From Nemertoderma westbladi (Eukaryota > Animalia > Xenacoelomorpha), in assembly GCA_032718475.1 (NCBI GenBank), contig JAUCBJ010001657.1:1-42267 (forward strand): a DNA stretch of 42,267 nt. The letters are read 5' to 3'. Below are positions 12,033-26,145 of this stretch, in pieces. The notes below the pieces were generated by a model that was not told where the DNA came from, did not search any database, and saw nothing but the letters and a program-made list of their open reading frames with translations. Numbering within the stretch: the first letter of the stretch is position 1; each line of letters starts with the position of its first letter. The translations under genes and the position numbers were made by a program.

Positions 12033-12585
12033 TAATGTTTGAAATTTAAATAAATTAATTTTTTAAATCATCTAAAAAACACATATTTTGTGTTTCCGGT
12101 CACTTTGCGCCATTAACTCGAGAAATCACATCCGCGTTTTTGACTGTCGGTCATAAGTGATAAATTATCTATAACGAAAGACTTAAAATCGTCTAAAAAC
12201 TACTTATTGTACAACTCATAATCAGAAATTACACAAAAGTGAATTGTATGCGTTATTGTAGATATATATATTTTTTAAAATATCTGCAAAGACATTTTTG
12301 GCTGTAGAATTAAATTGATAATAAATACTATTGTTTACCGCTAGGGGTGCAAGTTAAATTCATAAGAATTAAAGGCAATTTCCTTGTAATTGTTTATTCT
12401 GGGCCATTATGCCTAGATTGGGCCATTTTGTTCTAGGTGGGCCATATTTGCCCTAAGAGGACGTGTACCTTTTGGGCCATCGTAGTAGGATTAGGGCCAT
12501 TGCTCCCAGCCCAAGGCCATTTAAGGGCCATTGGACCTTTAAAAGGTGGCCCTAATAGTGGGAAAGCTTATATATATATATATAT

Positions 12586-12625
12586 ACTAGAAAGCCTGTG
12601 GCCCTTCGGGCCACAGCTTTCTAGT
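12586..12625 (-). other. 3'-terminal hairpin of the Helitron-like unit (present at all nine unit ends)
   Basis: ACTAGAAAGC(C)TGTGGCCC-TTC-GGGCCACAGCTTTCTAGT forms an 18-bp stem with one bulged base. Confidence 0.9.
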
Positions 12626-14655
12626 GCACGTGCAGATGATATATGAATATGTGTGGAAGATTTGAGAACTGCATACGGAACAGACACCATCATTAAATAA
12701 AACACCACCCCCATAAGAGATAACTGTCAAGTTTCAACTTTAGGCAGATTGTAAATAACAAAATTTCCAGAAAATGATCACTTTCAGATCCACCCTCTAC
12801 CTGCGGACTGGTGAAATGCAGACGGCGCTGCAGTTTGGTAAAGATGGGGTTTATGGTGAAGTAAAATGCCTGCCTTTCAAGTTTCAGCTTAAACAGATTG
12901 TAAATAACAAAATTGGTGTAGATGTTCACATTCAGACATTTCACCCTCTAGCGGTAGACTGAAGAACTGTAGACGACTCTGGGACTCCGTAAAGATACAG
13001 AATATGCTGTAGTAGATTCCTGCCAAGTTCCAGCTCAATAGGATTAAAAAGAACCAAATGGGATGAGGTGTTCACTATCAGATATTTCGCCCTCTAGCGG
13101 CAGATGGGGGGACTGTATACAACTCTGCGACTCCGTAAAGGTACAGCCTACGCTGTAGTAGATGCCTACCAAGTTTCAGTCTAAACCGTTAGTAAATAAC
13201 AACGTTGGAGAAGATGTTAACTTACAGACATTTCACCCTCTAGCGGTAGACTGGGGAAGTGAATAGGATTCTGCAACTCCGTAAAGATACAGCCTATGAT
13301 GTAGTAGATACCAACCAAGTTTCAGCTCAAAATGATTAAAAAGAACCAAATGGGATGAGGTTTTCACTATCAGACAATTCGCCCGCTAGCGGCTGACTGT
13401 GGAACTGTAGACGACTCTACTATTCCGCAAAGATATAGCCTATGCTATAGTAGAAGCCTACCAAGTTTCAGTCTAAAAGGATTGTAAATAACAAAGTTGG
13501 AGGAGATGTTAACTTTCATACATTTCGCCCTCTAGCGGCAGACGCGGGTAATATAGACAACTCTGCGCGACTCAGTAAAGATATAGCCTATGCTGTAGTA
13601 GATGCCTACCAAGTTTCATTCTAAACGGATTGTCAATAACAAAGTTGGAGAAGATGTTAACTCTCAGACATTTAGCCCTCTAACGGTAGACTGGGGAACT
13701 GTGGACAACTCAGTGACTCCAGAAATATACAGCCTATGCTGCTGCTGCAGTATATAGCTACCAAGTTTCAGCTCAAACGCATTAAAAACAACCCAATGAG
13801 ATCAGGATTTCACTATTGGACAATTCGCCCTCTAGCGGCAGACGGGGGAACTTCAGACGGCTCTGAGAATTACCTTGCAACGAGTTAGGGCGAGACCTAT
13901 CTAACGAGCTATAGTAAGCGAGATTTCATCGAGATTAGATGTATAATATTAGATAAAATAATAATACAGTAAGTACAGGCCTACAGAAATAATTATTTTA
14001 CTTTTAATATTCATAACAGTAAAACAAAAATGTTATAAACCTCTCCTTCCATGCAGCCAATGATTGAGAAAGCAGAATTACTCTTGAGCAATTCGCAATA
14101 GACAACCCAAACCCACCCCAATCAACACTCCAGCCTGCTTGATCCTTATCTGTGCCCAGCCAGCTAGCTGCGAGTTCAATAATTACCTTAACGTTGCTAT
14201 GATACAGAAAAAAACCCTTCCCTATTCAATAAGAATAGGCCAATTCGATCGTGCTTGGCGAATATGACATATTTATACACTATTTGCTTTTTAATCAATA
14301 AATAATCATACATATTTATATTAAACACTCGAATAAAATAAAAACTTTGTGAGAATGGGACACGGCGAATCTACCCATGTTAATTTTATACCAGGTGGGA
14401 TAAATGTTAGCCCTCTAAATCATTAATTACCGATAGAAGAAACGAAATAATTCGATAAATTTCGCCCGAAAATCACGAAAATCGCCCAGCGGCAGACGGG
14501 CGAACTTCCGACGGCTCTGAGTATTACGTTGCAACGAGTTAGTGCGAGACCTTTCTAACGAGCTATAGCAAGCGAGATTTCATCGAGATGGGTTCGATTG
14601 TATAGCCGATGACAAACACACAGACAGACAATCGATATTTATATATATAGATAGA
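12587..14655 (-). mobile_element. Helitron-like unit 1 (2069 bp)
   Basis: TC...CTAG termini; ~8 internal 146-bp monomers. Confidence 0.85.
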
Positions 14656-17447
14656 CTAGAAAGCCTGTGGCCCTTCGGGCCACAGCTTTCTAGTGAACGT
14701 GCAGATGATATATGAATATGTGTGGGAGATTTGAGAACTGCATACGGAACAGACACCATCATTAAATAAAACACCACCCCCATAAGAGATAACTGTCAAG
14801 TTTCAACTTTAGGCAGATTGTAAATAACAAAATTTCTAGAAAATGATCACTTTCAGATCCACCCTCTACCTGCGGACTGGTGAAATGCAGACGGCGCTGC
14901 AGTTTGGTAAAGATGGGGTTTATGGTGAAGTAAAATGCCTGCCTTTCAAGTTTCAGCTTAAACAGGTTGTAAATAACAAAATTGGTGTAGATGTTCACAT
15001 TCAGACATTTCACCCTCTAGCGGTAGACTGAAGAACTGTAGACGACTCTGGGACTCCGTAAAGATACAGAATATGCTGTAGTAGATTCCTGCCAAGTTCC
15101 AGCTCAATAGGATTAAAAAGAACCAAATGGGATGAGGTGTTCACTATCAGATATGTCGCCCTCTAGCGGTAGACTGGGGAATTGTAGACGACTCTGTGAC
15201 TCAGTAAAGATACAGCCTTTGCTGTAGTAGATGCCTACCAAGTTTCAGTCTAAACGGATTGTAAATAACAAAGTTGGAGAAGATGTTAACTCTCAGACAT
15301 TTAGCCCTCTAACGGTAGACTGGGGAATTGTAGACGACTCTGCGACTCAGTAAAGATACAGCCTTTGCTGTAGTAGATGCCTACCAAGTTTCAGTCTAAA
15401 CGGATTGTAAATAACAAAGTTGGAGAAGATGTTAACTTTCAGACATTTCGCCCTCTAGCGGTAGACTGGGGAATTGTAGACGACTCTGCGACTCAGTAAA
15501 GATACAGCCTTTGCTGTAGTAGATGCCTACCAAGTTTCAGTCTAAACGGATTGTAAATAACAAAGTTGGAGAAGATGTTATCTCTCAGACATTTAGCCCT
15601 CTAACGGTAGACTGGGGAATTGTAGACGACTCTGCGACTCAGTAAAGATACAGCCTTTGCTGTAGTAGATGCCTACCAAGTTTCAGTCTAAACGGATTGT
15701 AAATAACAAAGTTGGAGAAGATGTTAACTCTCAGACATTTAGCCCTCTAACGGTAGACTGGGGAATTGTAGACGACTCTGCGACTCAGTAAAGATACAGC
15801 CTTTGCTGTAGTAGATGCCTACCAAGTTTCAGTCTAAACGGATTGTAAATAACAAAGTTGGAGAAGATGTTAACTTTCAGACATTTCGCCCTCTAGCGGT
15901 AGACTGGGGAATTGTAGACGACTCTGCGACTCAGTAAAGATACAGCCTTTGCTGTAGTAGATGCCTACCAAGTTTCAGTCTAAACGGATTGTAAATAACA
16001 AAGTTGGAGAAGATGTTAACTTTCAGACAATTCGCCCTCTTGCGGCTGGCTGTGGAACTGTAGACGACTCTACTACTCCGCAAAGATATAGCCTATGCTA
16101 TAGTAGATGCCTACCAAGTTTCAGTCGAAAAGGTTTGTAAATAACAAAGTTGGAGAAGATGTTAACTTTCATACATTTCGCCCTCTAGCGGCAGACGCGG
16201 GTACTGTAGACAACTCTGCGCGACTCAGTAAAGATATAGCCTATACTGTAGTAGATGCCTACCAAGTTCAGTCTAAATGGATTATAAATAACAAAGTTGG
16301 AGAAGATGTTAACTTGCAGACATTTCGCCCTCTAGCGGTAGACTGGGAAATTGTAGACGACTCTGCGACTCAGTAAAGATTCAGCCTATGCTGTAGTAGA
16401 TGCCTACCAAGTTTCAGTCAAAACGGATTGTAAATAATAAAGTTGGAGAAGATGTTAACTCTCAGACATTTAGCCCTCTAACGGTAGACTGGGGAACTGT
16501 AGACAACCCAGTGACTCCGGAAATATACAGCCTATGCTGCAGTATATAGCAACCAAGTTTCAGCTCAAAAGCATTAAAAACAACCCAATGAGATCAGGTT
16601 TTCAGTATCGAACAATTCGCCCTCTAGCGGCAGACGGTGGAACTTCAGACGGCTCTGAGTATTACGTTGCAACAAGTTAGGGCAAGACCTATCTAACGAG
16701 CTATAGTAAGCGAGATTTCATCGAGATTAGATGTATAATATTAGATAAAATAATAATACAGTAAGTATAGGCCTACAGAAATAATTATTTTACTTTTAAT
16801 ATTCATAACAGTAAAACAAAAATGTTATAAACCTCTCCTTCCATGCAGCCAATGATTGAGAAAGCAGAATTACTCTGAGCAATTCGCAACAGACAACCCA
16901 AACCCACCCCAATCAACACTCCAGCCTGCTTGCTCCTTATCTGTGCCCAGCCAGCTAGCTGCGAGTTCAATAATTACCTTAACGTTGCTATGATACAGAA
17001 AACAATCCTTCCCTATTCAATAACTATAGGCCCATTCGATCGTGCTTGGCGAATATGACATATTTATACACTATTTGATTTTTAATCAATAAATAATCAT
17101 ACATATTTATATTAAACACTCGAATAAAATAAAAACTTTGTGAGAATGGGACACGGCGAATCTACCCATGTTAATTTTATACCAGGTGGGATAAATGTTA
17201 GCCCTCTAAATCATTAATTACCGATAGAAGAACCGAAATAATTCGATAAATTTCGCCCGAAAATCACGAAAATCGCCCTCTAGCGGCAGACGGGGAACTT
17301 CAGACGGGTCTGAGTATTACGTTGCAACGAGTTAGGGCGAGACCTTTCTAACGAGCTATAGTAAGCGAGATTTCATCGAGATGGGTTCGATTGTATAGCT
17401 GATGACAAACAGACAGACAGACAGACAATGCATATTTATATATATTA
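14656..17447 (-). mobile_element. Helitron-like unit 2 (2792 bp)
   Basis: ~13 monomers including a homogeneous run. The 5' TC is missing at the junction with unit 3 (CTAG|TAATAT). Confidence 0.85.
15158..16033. repeat. 146-bp satellite-like monomer, homogeneous run (representative of roughly 80 monomers in the array)
   Basis: The gccctct anchor occurs at 15158, 15304, 15450, 15596, 15742, 15888 and 16034, an exact 146-bp period. Confidence 0.95.
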
Positions 17448-19645
17448 CTAGAAAGCCTGTGGCCCTTCGGGCCACAGCTTTCTAGTGCACGTGCAGATGA
17501 TATATGAATATGTGTGGGAGATTTGAGAACTGCATACGGAATAGACACCATCATTAAATAAAACACCACCCCCATAAGAGATAACTGTCAAGTTTCAACT
17601 TTAGTCAGATTGTAAATAACAAAATTTCCAGAAAATGATCACTTTCAGATCCACCCTCTACCTGCGGACTGGTGAAATGCAGACGGCGCTGCAGTTTGGT
17701 AAAGGTGGGGTTTATGGTGAAGTAAAATGCCTGCCTTTCAAGTTTCAGCTTAAACAGATTGTAAATAACAAAATTGGTGTAGATGTTCACATTCAGACTT
17801 CTAGCGGTAGACTGAAGAACTGTAGACGACTCTGGGACTCCGTAAAGATACAGAATATGCTGCAGTAGATTCCTGCCAAGTTTCAGCTCAAAGGGATTAA
17901 AGAGAACCAATTGGGATGAGGTGTTCACTATCAGACAATTCGCCCTCTAGCGGCAGATAGGGGAACTGTATACAACTCTGCGACTCCGTAAAGGTAGAGC
18001 CTATGCTGTAGTAGATGCCTACCAAGTTTCAGTCTAAACCGTTTGTAAATAACAAAGTTGGAGAAGATGTTAATTTTCAGACATTTCACCCTCTAGCGGT
18101 AGACTGGGGAAGTGTATAGGACTCTGCAACTCCGTAAAGATAGAGCCTAGGATGTAGTAGATACCTGCCAAGTTTCAGCTCAAAAGGATTAAAAAGAACC
18201 AAATGGGATGAGGTTTTCACTATCAGACAATTCGCCCTCTTGCGTCTGACTGTGGAACTGTAGACGACTCTACTACTCCGCAAAGATATAGCCTATGCTA
18301 TAGTAGATGCCTACCAAGTTTCAGTCTAAAAGGATTGTAAATAACAAAGTTGGAGAAGATGTTAACTTTCATACATTTCGCCCTCTAGCGGCAGACGCGG
18401 GTACTGTAGACAACTCTGCGCGACTCAGTAAAGATATAGCCTATGCTGTAGTAGATGCCTACCAAGTTCAGTCTAAATGGATTATAAATAACAAAGTTGG
18501 AGAAGATGTTAACTTGCAGACATTTCGCCCTCTAGCGGTAGACTGGGAAATTGTAGACGACTCTGCGACTCAGTAAAGATTCAGCCTATGCTGTAGTAGA
18601 TGCCTACCAAGTTTCAGTCAAAACGGATTGTAAATAATAAAGTTGGAGAAGATGTTATCTCTCAGACATTTAGCACTCTAACGGTAGACTGGGGAACTGT
18701 AGACCACCCAGTGACTCCGGAAATATACAGCCTATGCTGCAGTATATAGCTACCAAGTTTCAGCTCAAAAGCATTAAAAACAACCCAATAAGATCAGGTT
18801 TTCACTATCGGATAATTCGCCCTCTAGCGGCAGACGGGGGAACTTCAGACGGCTCTGAGTATTACGTTGCAACGAGTTAGGGCGAGACCTATCTAACGAG
18901 CTATAGTAAGCGAGATTTCATCGAGATTAGATGTATAATATTAGATAACATAATAATACAGTAAGTATAGGCCTATAGAAATAATTATTTTTACTTTTAA
19001 TATTCATAACAGTAAAACAAAAATGTTATAAACCTCTCCTTCCATGCAGCCAATGATTGAGAAAGCAGAATTACTACAACCCAAACCCACCCCAATCAAC
19101 ACTCCAGCCTGCTTGCTCCTTATCTGTGCCCAGCCAGCTAGCTGCGAGTTCAATAATTACCTTAAGGTTGCTACAGAAAACAATCCTTCCCTATTCAATA
19201 ACAATAGGCCAATTCGATCGTGCTTGGCGAATATGACATATTTATACACTATTTGTTTTTTAATCAATAAATAATCATACATATTTATATTAAACACTCG
19301 AATAAAATAAATACTTTGTGAGAATGGGACACGGCGAATCTACCCATGTTAATTTTATACCAGGTGGGATAAATGTTAGCCCTCTAAATCATTAATTACC
19401 GATAGAAGAACCGAAATAATTTGATAAATTTCGCCCGAAAATCACGAAAATCGCCCTCTAGCGGCAGACGGGCGAACTTCAGACGACTCTGAGTATTACG
19501 TTGCAACGAGTTAGGGCGAGACCTTTCTAACGAGCTATAGCAAGCGAGATTTCATCGAGATGGGTTCGATTGTATAGCCGATGACAAACACACAGACAGA
19601 CTGACTGACTGACAGACAATCGATATTTATATATATTAGATTAGA
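17448..19645 (-). mobile_element. Helitron-like unit 3 (2198 bp)
   Basis: TC...CTAG termini; ~9 monomers. Confidence 0.85.
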
Positions 19646-21585
19646 CTAGAAAGCCTGTGGCCCTTCGGGCCACAGCTTTCTAGTGCACGTGCAGATGATA
19701 TATGAATATGTGTGGGAGATTTGAGAACTGCATACGGAACAGACACCATCATTAAATAAAACACCACCCCCATAAGAGATAACTGTCAAGTTTCAACTTT
19801 AGTCAGATTGTAAATAACAAAATTTCCAGAAAATGATCACTTTCAGATCCACCCTCTACCTGCGGACTGGTGAAATGCAGACGGCGCTGCAGTTTGGTAA
19901 AGATGGGGTTTATGGTGAAGTAAAATGCATGCCTTTCAAGTTTCAGCTTAAACAGATTGTAAATAACAAAATTGGTGTAGATGTTCACATTCAGACTTCT
20001 AGCGGTAGACTGAAGAACTGTAGACGACTCTGGGACTCCGTAAAGATACAGAATATGCTGTAGTAGATTCCTGCCAAGTTTCAGCTCAAAGGGATTAATA
20101 AGAACCAATTGGGATGAGGTATTCACTATCTGACAATTCGCCCTCTTGCGGCTGACTGTGGAACTGTAGACGACTCTACTACTCCGCAAAGATATAGCCT
20201 ATGCTATAGTAGATGCCTACCAAGTTTCAGTCTAAAAGGTTTGTAAATAACAAAGTTGGAGAAGATGTTAACTTTCATACATTTCGCCCTCTAGCGGCAG
20301 ACGCGGGTACTGTAGACAACTCGGCGCGACTCAGTAAAGATATAGCCTATGCTGTAGTAGATGCCTACCAAGTTCAGTCTAAATGGATTATAAATAACAA
20401 AGTTGGAGAAGATGTTAACTTGCAGACATTTCGCCCTCTAGCGGTAGACTGGGAAATTGTAGACGACTCTGCGACTCAGTAAAGATTCAGCCAATGCGGT
20501 AGTAGATGCCTACCAAGTTTCAGTCAAAACGGATTGTAAATAATAAAGTTGGAGAAGATGTTAACTCTCAGACATTTAGCCCTCTAACGGTAGACTGGGG
20601 AACTATAGACAACCCAGTGACTCCGGAAATATACAGCCTATGCTGCAGTAATACCTACCACGTTATATAGCTACCACGTTTCAGCTCAAAAGCATTAAAA
20701 ACAACCCTATAAGATCAGGCTTTCACTATCGGATAATTCGCCCTCTAGCGGCAGACGGTGGAACTTCTGACGGCTCTGAGTATTACGTTGCAACGAGTTA
20801 GGGCGAGACCTATCTAACGAGTTATAGTAAGCGAGATTTCATCGAGATTAGATGTATAATAATAATAATAATAATAATACAGTATGAATAGGCCTACAGA
20901 AATAATTATTTTACTTTTAATATTCATAACAGTAAAACAAAAATGTTATAAACCTCTCCTTCCATCCAGCCAATGATTGAGAAAGCAGAATTACTCTGAG
21001 CAATTCGCAACAGACAACCCAAACCCACTCCAATCAACACTCCAGCCTGCTTGATCCTTATCTGTTGTGCCCAGCCAGCTAGCTGCGAGTTCAATAATTA
21101 CCTTAACGTTGCTATGATACAGAAAACAATCCTTCCCTATTCAATAACTATAGGCCAATTCGATCCTGCTTGGCGAATATGACATATTTATACACTATTT
21201 GATTTTTAATCAATAAATAATCATACATATTTATATAAAACACTCTAATAAAATAAAAACTTTGTGAGAATGGGACACGGCGAATCTACCCATGTTAATT
21301 TTATACCAGGTGGGATAAATGTTACCCCTCTAAATCATTAATTACCGATAGAAGAACCGAAATAATTCGATAAATTTCGCCCAAAAATCACGAAAATCGC
21401 CCTCTAGCGGCAGACGGGCGAACTTCAGACGGCTCTGAGTATTACGTTGCAACGAGTTAGGGCGAGACCTTTCTAACGAGATATAGCAAGCGAGATTTCA
21501 TCGAGATGGGTTCGATTGTATAGCCGATGACAAACACACAGACAGACAGACAGACAGACAGACAATCGATATTTATATATATAGA
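19646..21585 (-). mobile_element. Helitron-like unit 4 (1940 bp)
   Basis: TC...CTAG termini; ~7 monomers. Confidence 0.85.
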
Positions 21586-23940
21586 CTAGAAAGCCTGTGG
21601 CCCTTCGGGCCACAGCTTTCTAGTGCACGTGCAGATGATATATGAATATGTGTGGGAGATTTGAGAACTGCATACGGAACAGACACCATCATTAAATAAA
21701 ACACCACCCCCATAAGAGATAACTGTCAAGTTTCAACTTTAGGCAGATTGTAAATAACAAAATTTCTAGAAAATAATCACTTTCAGATCCACCCTCTACC
21801 TGCGGACTGGTGAAATGCAGACGGCGCTGCAGTTTGGTAAAGATGGGGTTTATGGTGAAGTAAAATGCCTGCCTTTCAAGTTTCAGCTTAAACAGGTTGT
21901 AAATAACAAAATTGGTGTAGATGTTCACATTCAGACATTTCACCCTCTAGCGGTAGACTGAAGAACTGTAGACGACTCTGGGACTCCGTAAAGATACAGA
22001 ATATGCTGTAGTAGATTCCTGCCAAGTTCCAGCTCAATAGGATTAAAAAGAACCAAATGGGATGAGGTGTTCACTATCAGATATGTCGCCCTCTAGCGGT
22101 AGACTGGGGAATTGTAGACGACTCTGTGACTCAGTAAAGATACAGCCTTTGCTGTAGTAGATGCCTACCAAGTTTCAGTCTAAACGGATTGTAAATAACA
22201 AAGTTGGAGAAGATGTTAACTCTCAGACATTTCGCCCTCTAGCGGTAGACTGGGGAATTGTAGACGACTCTGCGACTCAGTAAAGATACAGCCTTTGCTG
22301 TAGTAGATGCCTACCAAGTTTCAGTCTAAACGGATTGTAAATAACAAAGTTGGAGAAGATGTTAACTCTCAGACATTTAGCCCTCTAACGGTAGACTGGG
22401 GAATTGTAGACGACTCTGCGACTCAGTAAAGATACAGCCTTTGCTGTAGTAGATGCCTACCAAGTTTCAGTCTAAACGGATTGTAAATAACAAAGTTGGA
22501 GAAGATGTTAACTTTCAGACATTTCGCCCTCTAGCGGTAGACTGGGGAATTGTAGACGACTCTGCGAATCAGTAAAGATACAGCCTTTGCTGTAGTAGAT
22601 GCCTACCAAGTTTCAGTCTAAACGGATTGTAAATAACAAAGTTGGAGAAGATGTTATCTCTCAGACATTTAGCCCTCTAACGGTAGACTGGGGAATTGTA
22701 GACGACTCTGCGACTCAGTAAAGATACAGCCTTTGCTGTAGTAGATGCCTACCAAGTTTCAGTCTAAACGGATTGTAAATAACAAAGTTGGAGAAGATGT
22801 TAACTTTCAGACATTTCGCCCTCTAGCGGTAGACTGGGGAATTGTAGACGACTCTGCGACTCAGTAAAGATACAGCCTTTGCTGTAGTAGATGCCTACCA
22901 AGTTTCAGTCTAAACGGATTGTAAATAATAAAGTTGGAGAAGATGTTAACTCTCAGACATTTAGCCCTCTAACGGTAGACTGGGGAACTGTAGACAACCC
23001 AGTGACTCCGGAAATATACAGCCTATGCTGCAGTATATAGCAACCAAGTTTCAGCTCAAAAGCATTAAAAACAACCCAATGAGATCAGGTTTTCAGTATC
23101 GAACAATTCGCCCTCTAGCGGCAGACGGTGGAACTTCAGACGGCTCTGAGTATTACGTTGCAACAAGTTAGGGCAAGACCTATCTAACGAGCTATAGTAA
23201 GCGAGATTTCATCGAGATTAGATGTATAATATTAGATAAAATAATAATACAGTAAGTATAGGCCTACAGAAATAATTATTTTACTTTTAATATTCATAAC
23301 AGTAAAACAAAAATGTTATAAACCTCTCCTTCCATGCAGCCAATGATTGAGAAAGCAGAATTACTCTGAGCAATTCGCAATAGACAACCCAAACCCACCC
23401 CAATCAACACTCCAGCCTGCTTGCTCCTTATCTGTGCCCAGCCAGCTAGCTGCGAGTTCAATAATTACCTTAACGTTGCTATGATACAGAAAACAATCCT
23501 TCCCTATTCAATAACTATAGGCCCATTCGATCGTGCTTGGCGAATATGACATATTTATACACTATTTGATTTTTAATCAATAAATAATCATACATATTTA
23601 TATTAAACACTCGAATAAAATAAAAACTTTGTGAGAATGGGACACGGCGAATCTACCCATGTTAATTTTATACCAGGTGGGATAAATGTTAGCCCTCTAA
23701 ATCATTAATTACCGATAGAAGAACCGAAATAATTCGATAAATTTCGCCCGAAAATCACGAAAATCGCCCTCTAGCGGCAGACGGGGAACTTCAGACGGGT
23801 CTGAGTATTACGTTGCAACGAGTTAGGGCGAGACCTTTCTAACGAGCTATAGTAAGCGAGATTTCATCGAGATGGGTTCGATTGTATAGCTGATGACAAA
23901 CAGACAGACAGACAGACAATGCATATTTATATATATTAGA
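21586..23940 (-). mobile_element. Helitron-like unit 5 (2355 bp)
   Basis: TC...CTAG termini; ~10 monomers; shares diagnostic variants with unit 2. Confidence 0.85.
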
Positions 23941-26145
23941 CTAGAAAGCCTGTGGCCCTTCGGGCCACAGCTTTCTAGTGCACGTGCAGATGATATATGA
24001 ATATGTGTGGGAGATTGGAGAACTGCATACGGAACAGACACCATCATTAAATAAAACACCACCCCCATAAGAGATAACTGTCAAGTTTCAACTTTAGTCA
24101 GATTGTAAATAACAAAATTGGTGTAAATGTTCACATTCAGACTTCTACAGTAGCGGTAGACTGAAGAACTGTAGACGACTCTGGGACTCAGTAAAGATAC
24201 AGAATATGCTGTAGTAGATTCCTGCCAAGTTTCAGCTCAAAGGGATTAAAAAGAACCAATTGGGATGAGGTGTTCACTATCAGACAATTCGCCCTCTAGC
24301 GGCAGATAGGGGAACTGTATACAACTCTGCGACTCCGTAAAGGTAGAGCCTATGCTGTAGTAGATGCCTACCAAGTTTCAGTCTAAACCGTTTGTAAATA
24401 ACAAAGTTGGAGAAGATGTTAACTTTCAGACATTTCACCCTCTAGCGGTAGACTGGGGAAGTGTATAGGACTCTGCAACTCCGTAAAGATAGAGCCTAGG
24501 ACGTAGTAGATACCTTCCAAGTTTCAGCTCAAAAGGATTAAAAAGAACCAAATGGGATGAGGTATTCACTATCAGACAATTCGCCCTCTTGCGGCTGACT
24601 GTGGAACTGTAGACGACTCTACTACTCCGCAAAGATATAGCCTATGCTATAGTAGATGCCTACCAAGTTTCAGTCTAAAAGGATTGTAAATAACAAAGTT
24701 GGAGAAGATGTTAACTTGCAGACATTTCGCCCTCTAGCGGTAGACTGGGAAATTGTAGACGACTCTGCGACTCAGTAAAGATACAGCCTATGCTGTAGTA
24801 GATGCCTACCAAGTTTCAGTCAAAACGGATTGTAAATAATAAAGTTGGAGAAGATGTTAACTCTCAGACATTTAGCCCTCTAACGGTAGACTGGGGAACT
24901 GTAGACAAATCAGTGACTCCGGAAATATACAGCCTATGCTGCAGTATATAGCTACCAAGTTTCAGCTCAAAAGCATTAAAAATAACAAAGTTGGAGAAGA
25001 TTTTAACTTTCAGACATTTCGCCCTCTAGCGGTAGACCAGGGAATTGTAGACGACTCTGCTACTCAGTAAAGATACAGTCTATGCTGTAGTAGATGCCTA
25101 CCAAGTTTCAGTCTAAACGGATTGTAAATAACAAAGTTGGAGAAGATGTTAACTCTCAGACATTTAGCCCTCTAACGGTAGACTGGGGAACTGTAGACAA
25201 GCCAGTGACTCCGGAAATAATACAGCCTATGCTGCAGTATATAGCTACCAAGTTTCAGCTCAAAAGCATTAAAAACAACCCAATCAGATCAGGTTTTCAC
25301 TATCAGACAATTCGCCCTCTAGCGGCAGACGGGGGAACTTCAGACGGCTCTGAGTATTACGTTGCAACGACTTAGGGCGAGACCTATCTAACGAGCTATA
25401 GTAAGCGAGATTTCATTGAGATTAGATGTATACTATTAGATAAAATAATAATACAGTAAGTATAGGCCTACATAAATAATTATTTTCCTTTTAATATTCA
25501 TAACAGTAAAACAAAAATGTTATAAACCTCTCCTTCCATGCAGCCAATGATTGAGAAAGCAGAATTACTCTTGAGCAATTCGCAACAGACAACCCAAACC
25601 CACCCCAATCAACACTCCAGCCTGCTTGCTCCTTATCTGTGCCCAGCCAGCTAGCTGCGAGTTCAATAATTACCTTAACGTTGCTATGATACAGAAAACA
25701 ATCCTTCCCTATTCAATAACAATAGGCCAATTCGATCCTGCTTGGCAAATATGACATATTTATACACTATTTGATTTTTAATCAATAAATAATCATACAT
25801 ATTTATATTAAACACTCGAATAAAATAAAAACTTTGTGAGAATGGGACACGGCGAATCTACTCATGTTAATTTTATACCAGATGGGATAAATGTTACCCC
25901 TCTAAATCATTAATTACCGATAGAAGAACCGAAATAATTCGATAAATTTCGCCCGAAAATCACGAAAATCGCCCAGCGGCAGACGGGCGAACTTTCGACG
26001 GCTCTGAGTATTACGTTGCAACGAGTTAGGGCGAGACCTTTCTAACGAGATATAGCAAGCGAGATTTCATCGAGATGGGTTCGATTGTATAGCCGATGAC
26101 AAACACACAGACAGACAATCGATATTTATATATATAGATACTAGA
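23941..26145 (-). mobile_element. Helitron-like unit 6 (2205 bp)
   Basis: TC...CTAG termini; lacks the monomer containing aaatgatcactttcagatcc; ~9 monomers. Confidence 0.85.

Noticed and set aside
12586-12625. Rho-independent terminator (cUUCGg hairpin)
   Set aside because: There is no long U-tract and no prokaryotic gene; the position at unit ends next to CTAG fits a Helitron terminus.
12955-13010. Hammerhead ribozyme (CTGAAGA core in one monomer variant)
   Set aside because: The following stem is closed by GAAT rather than GAAA, I could not build stems I and III, and most monomers lack CTGANGA.
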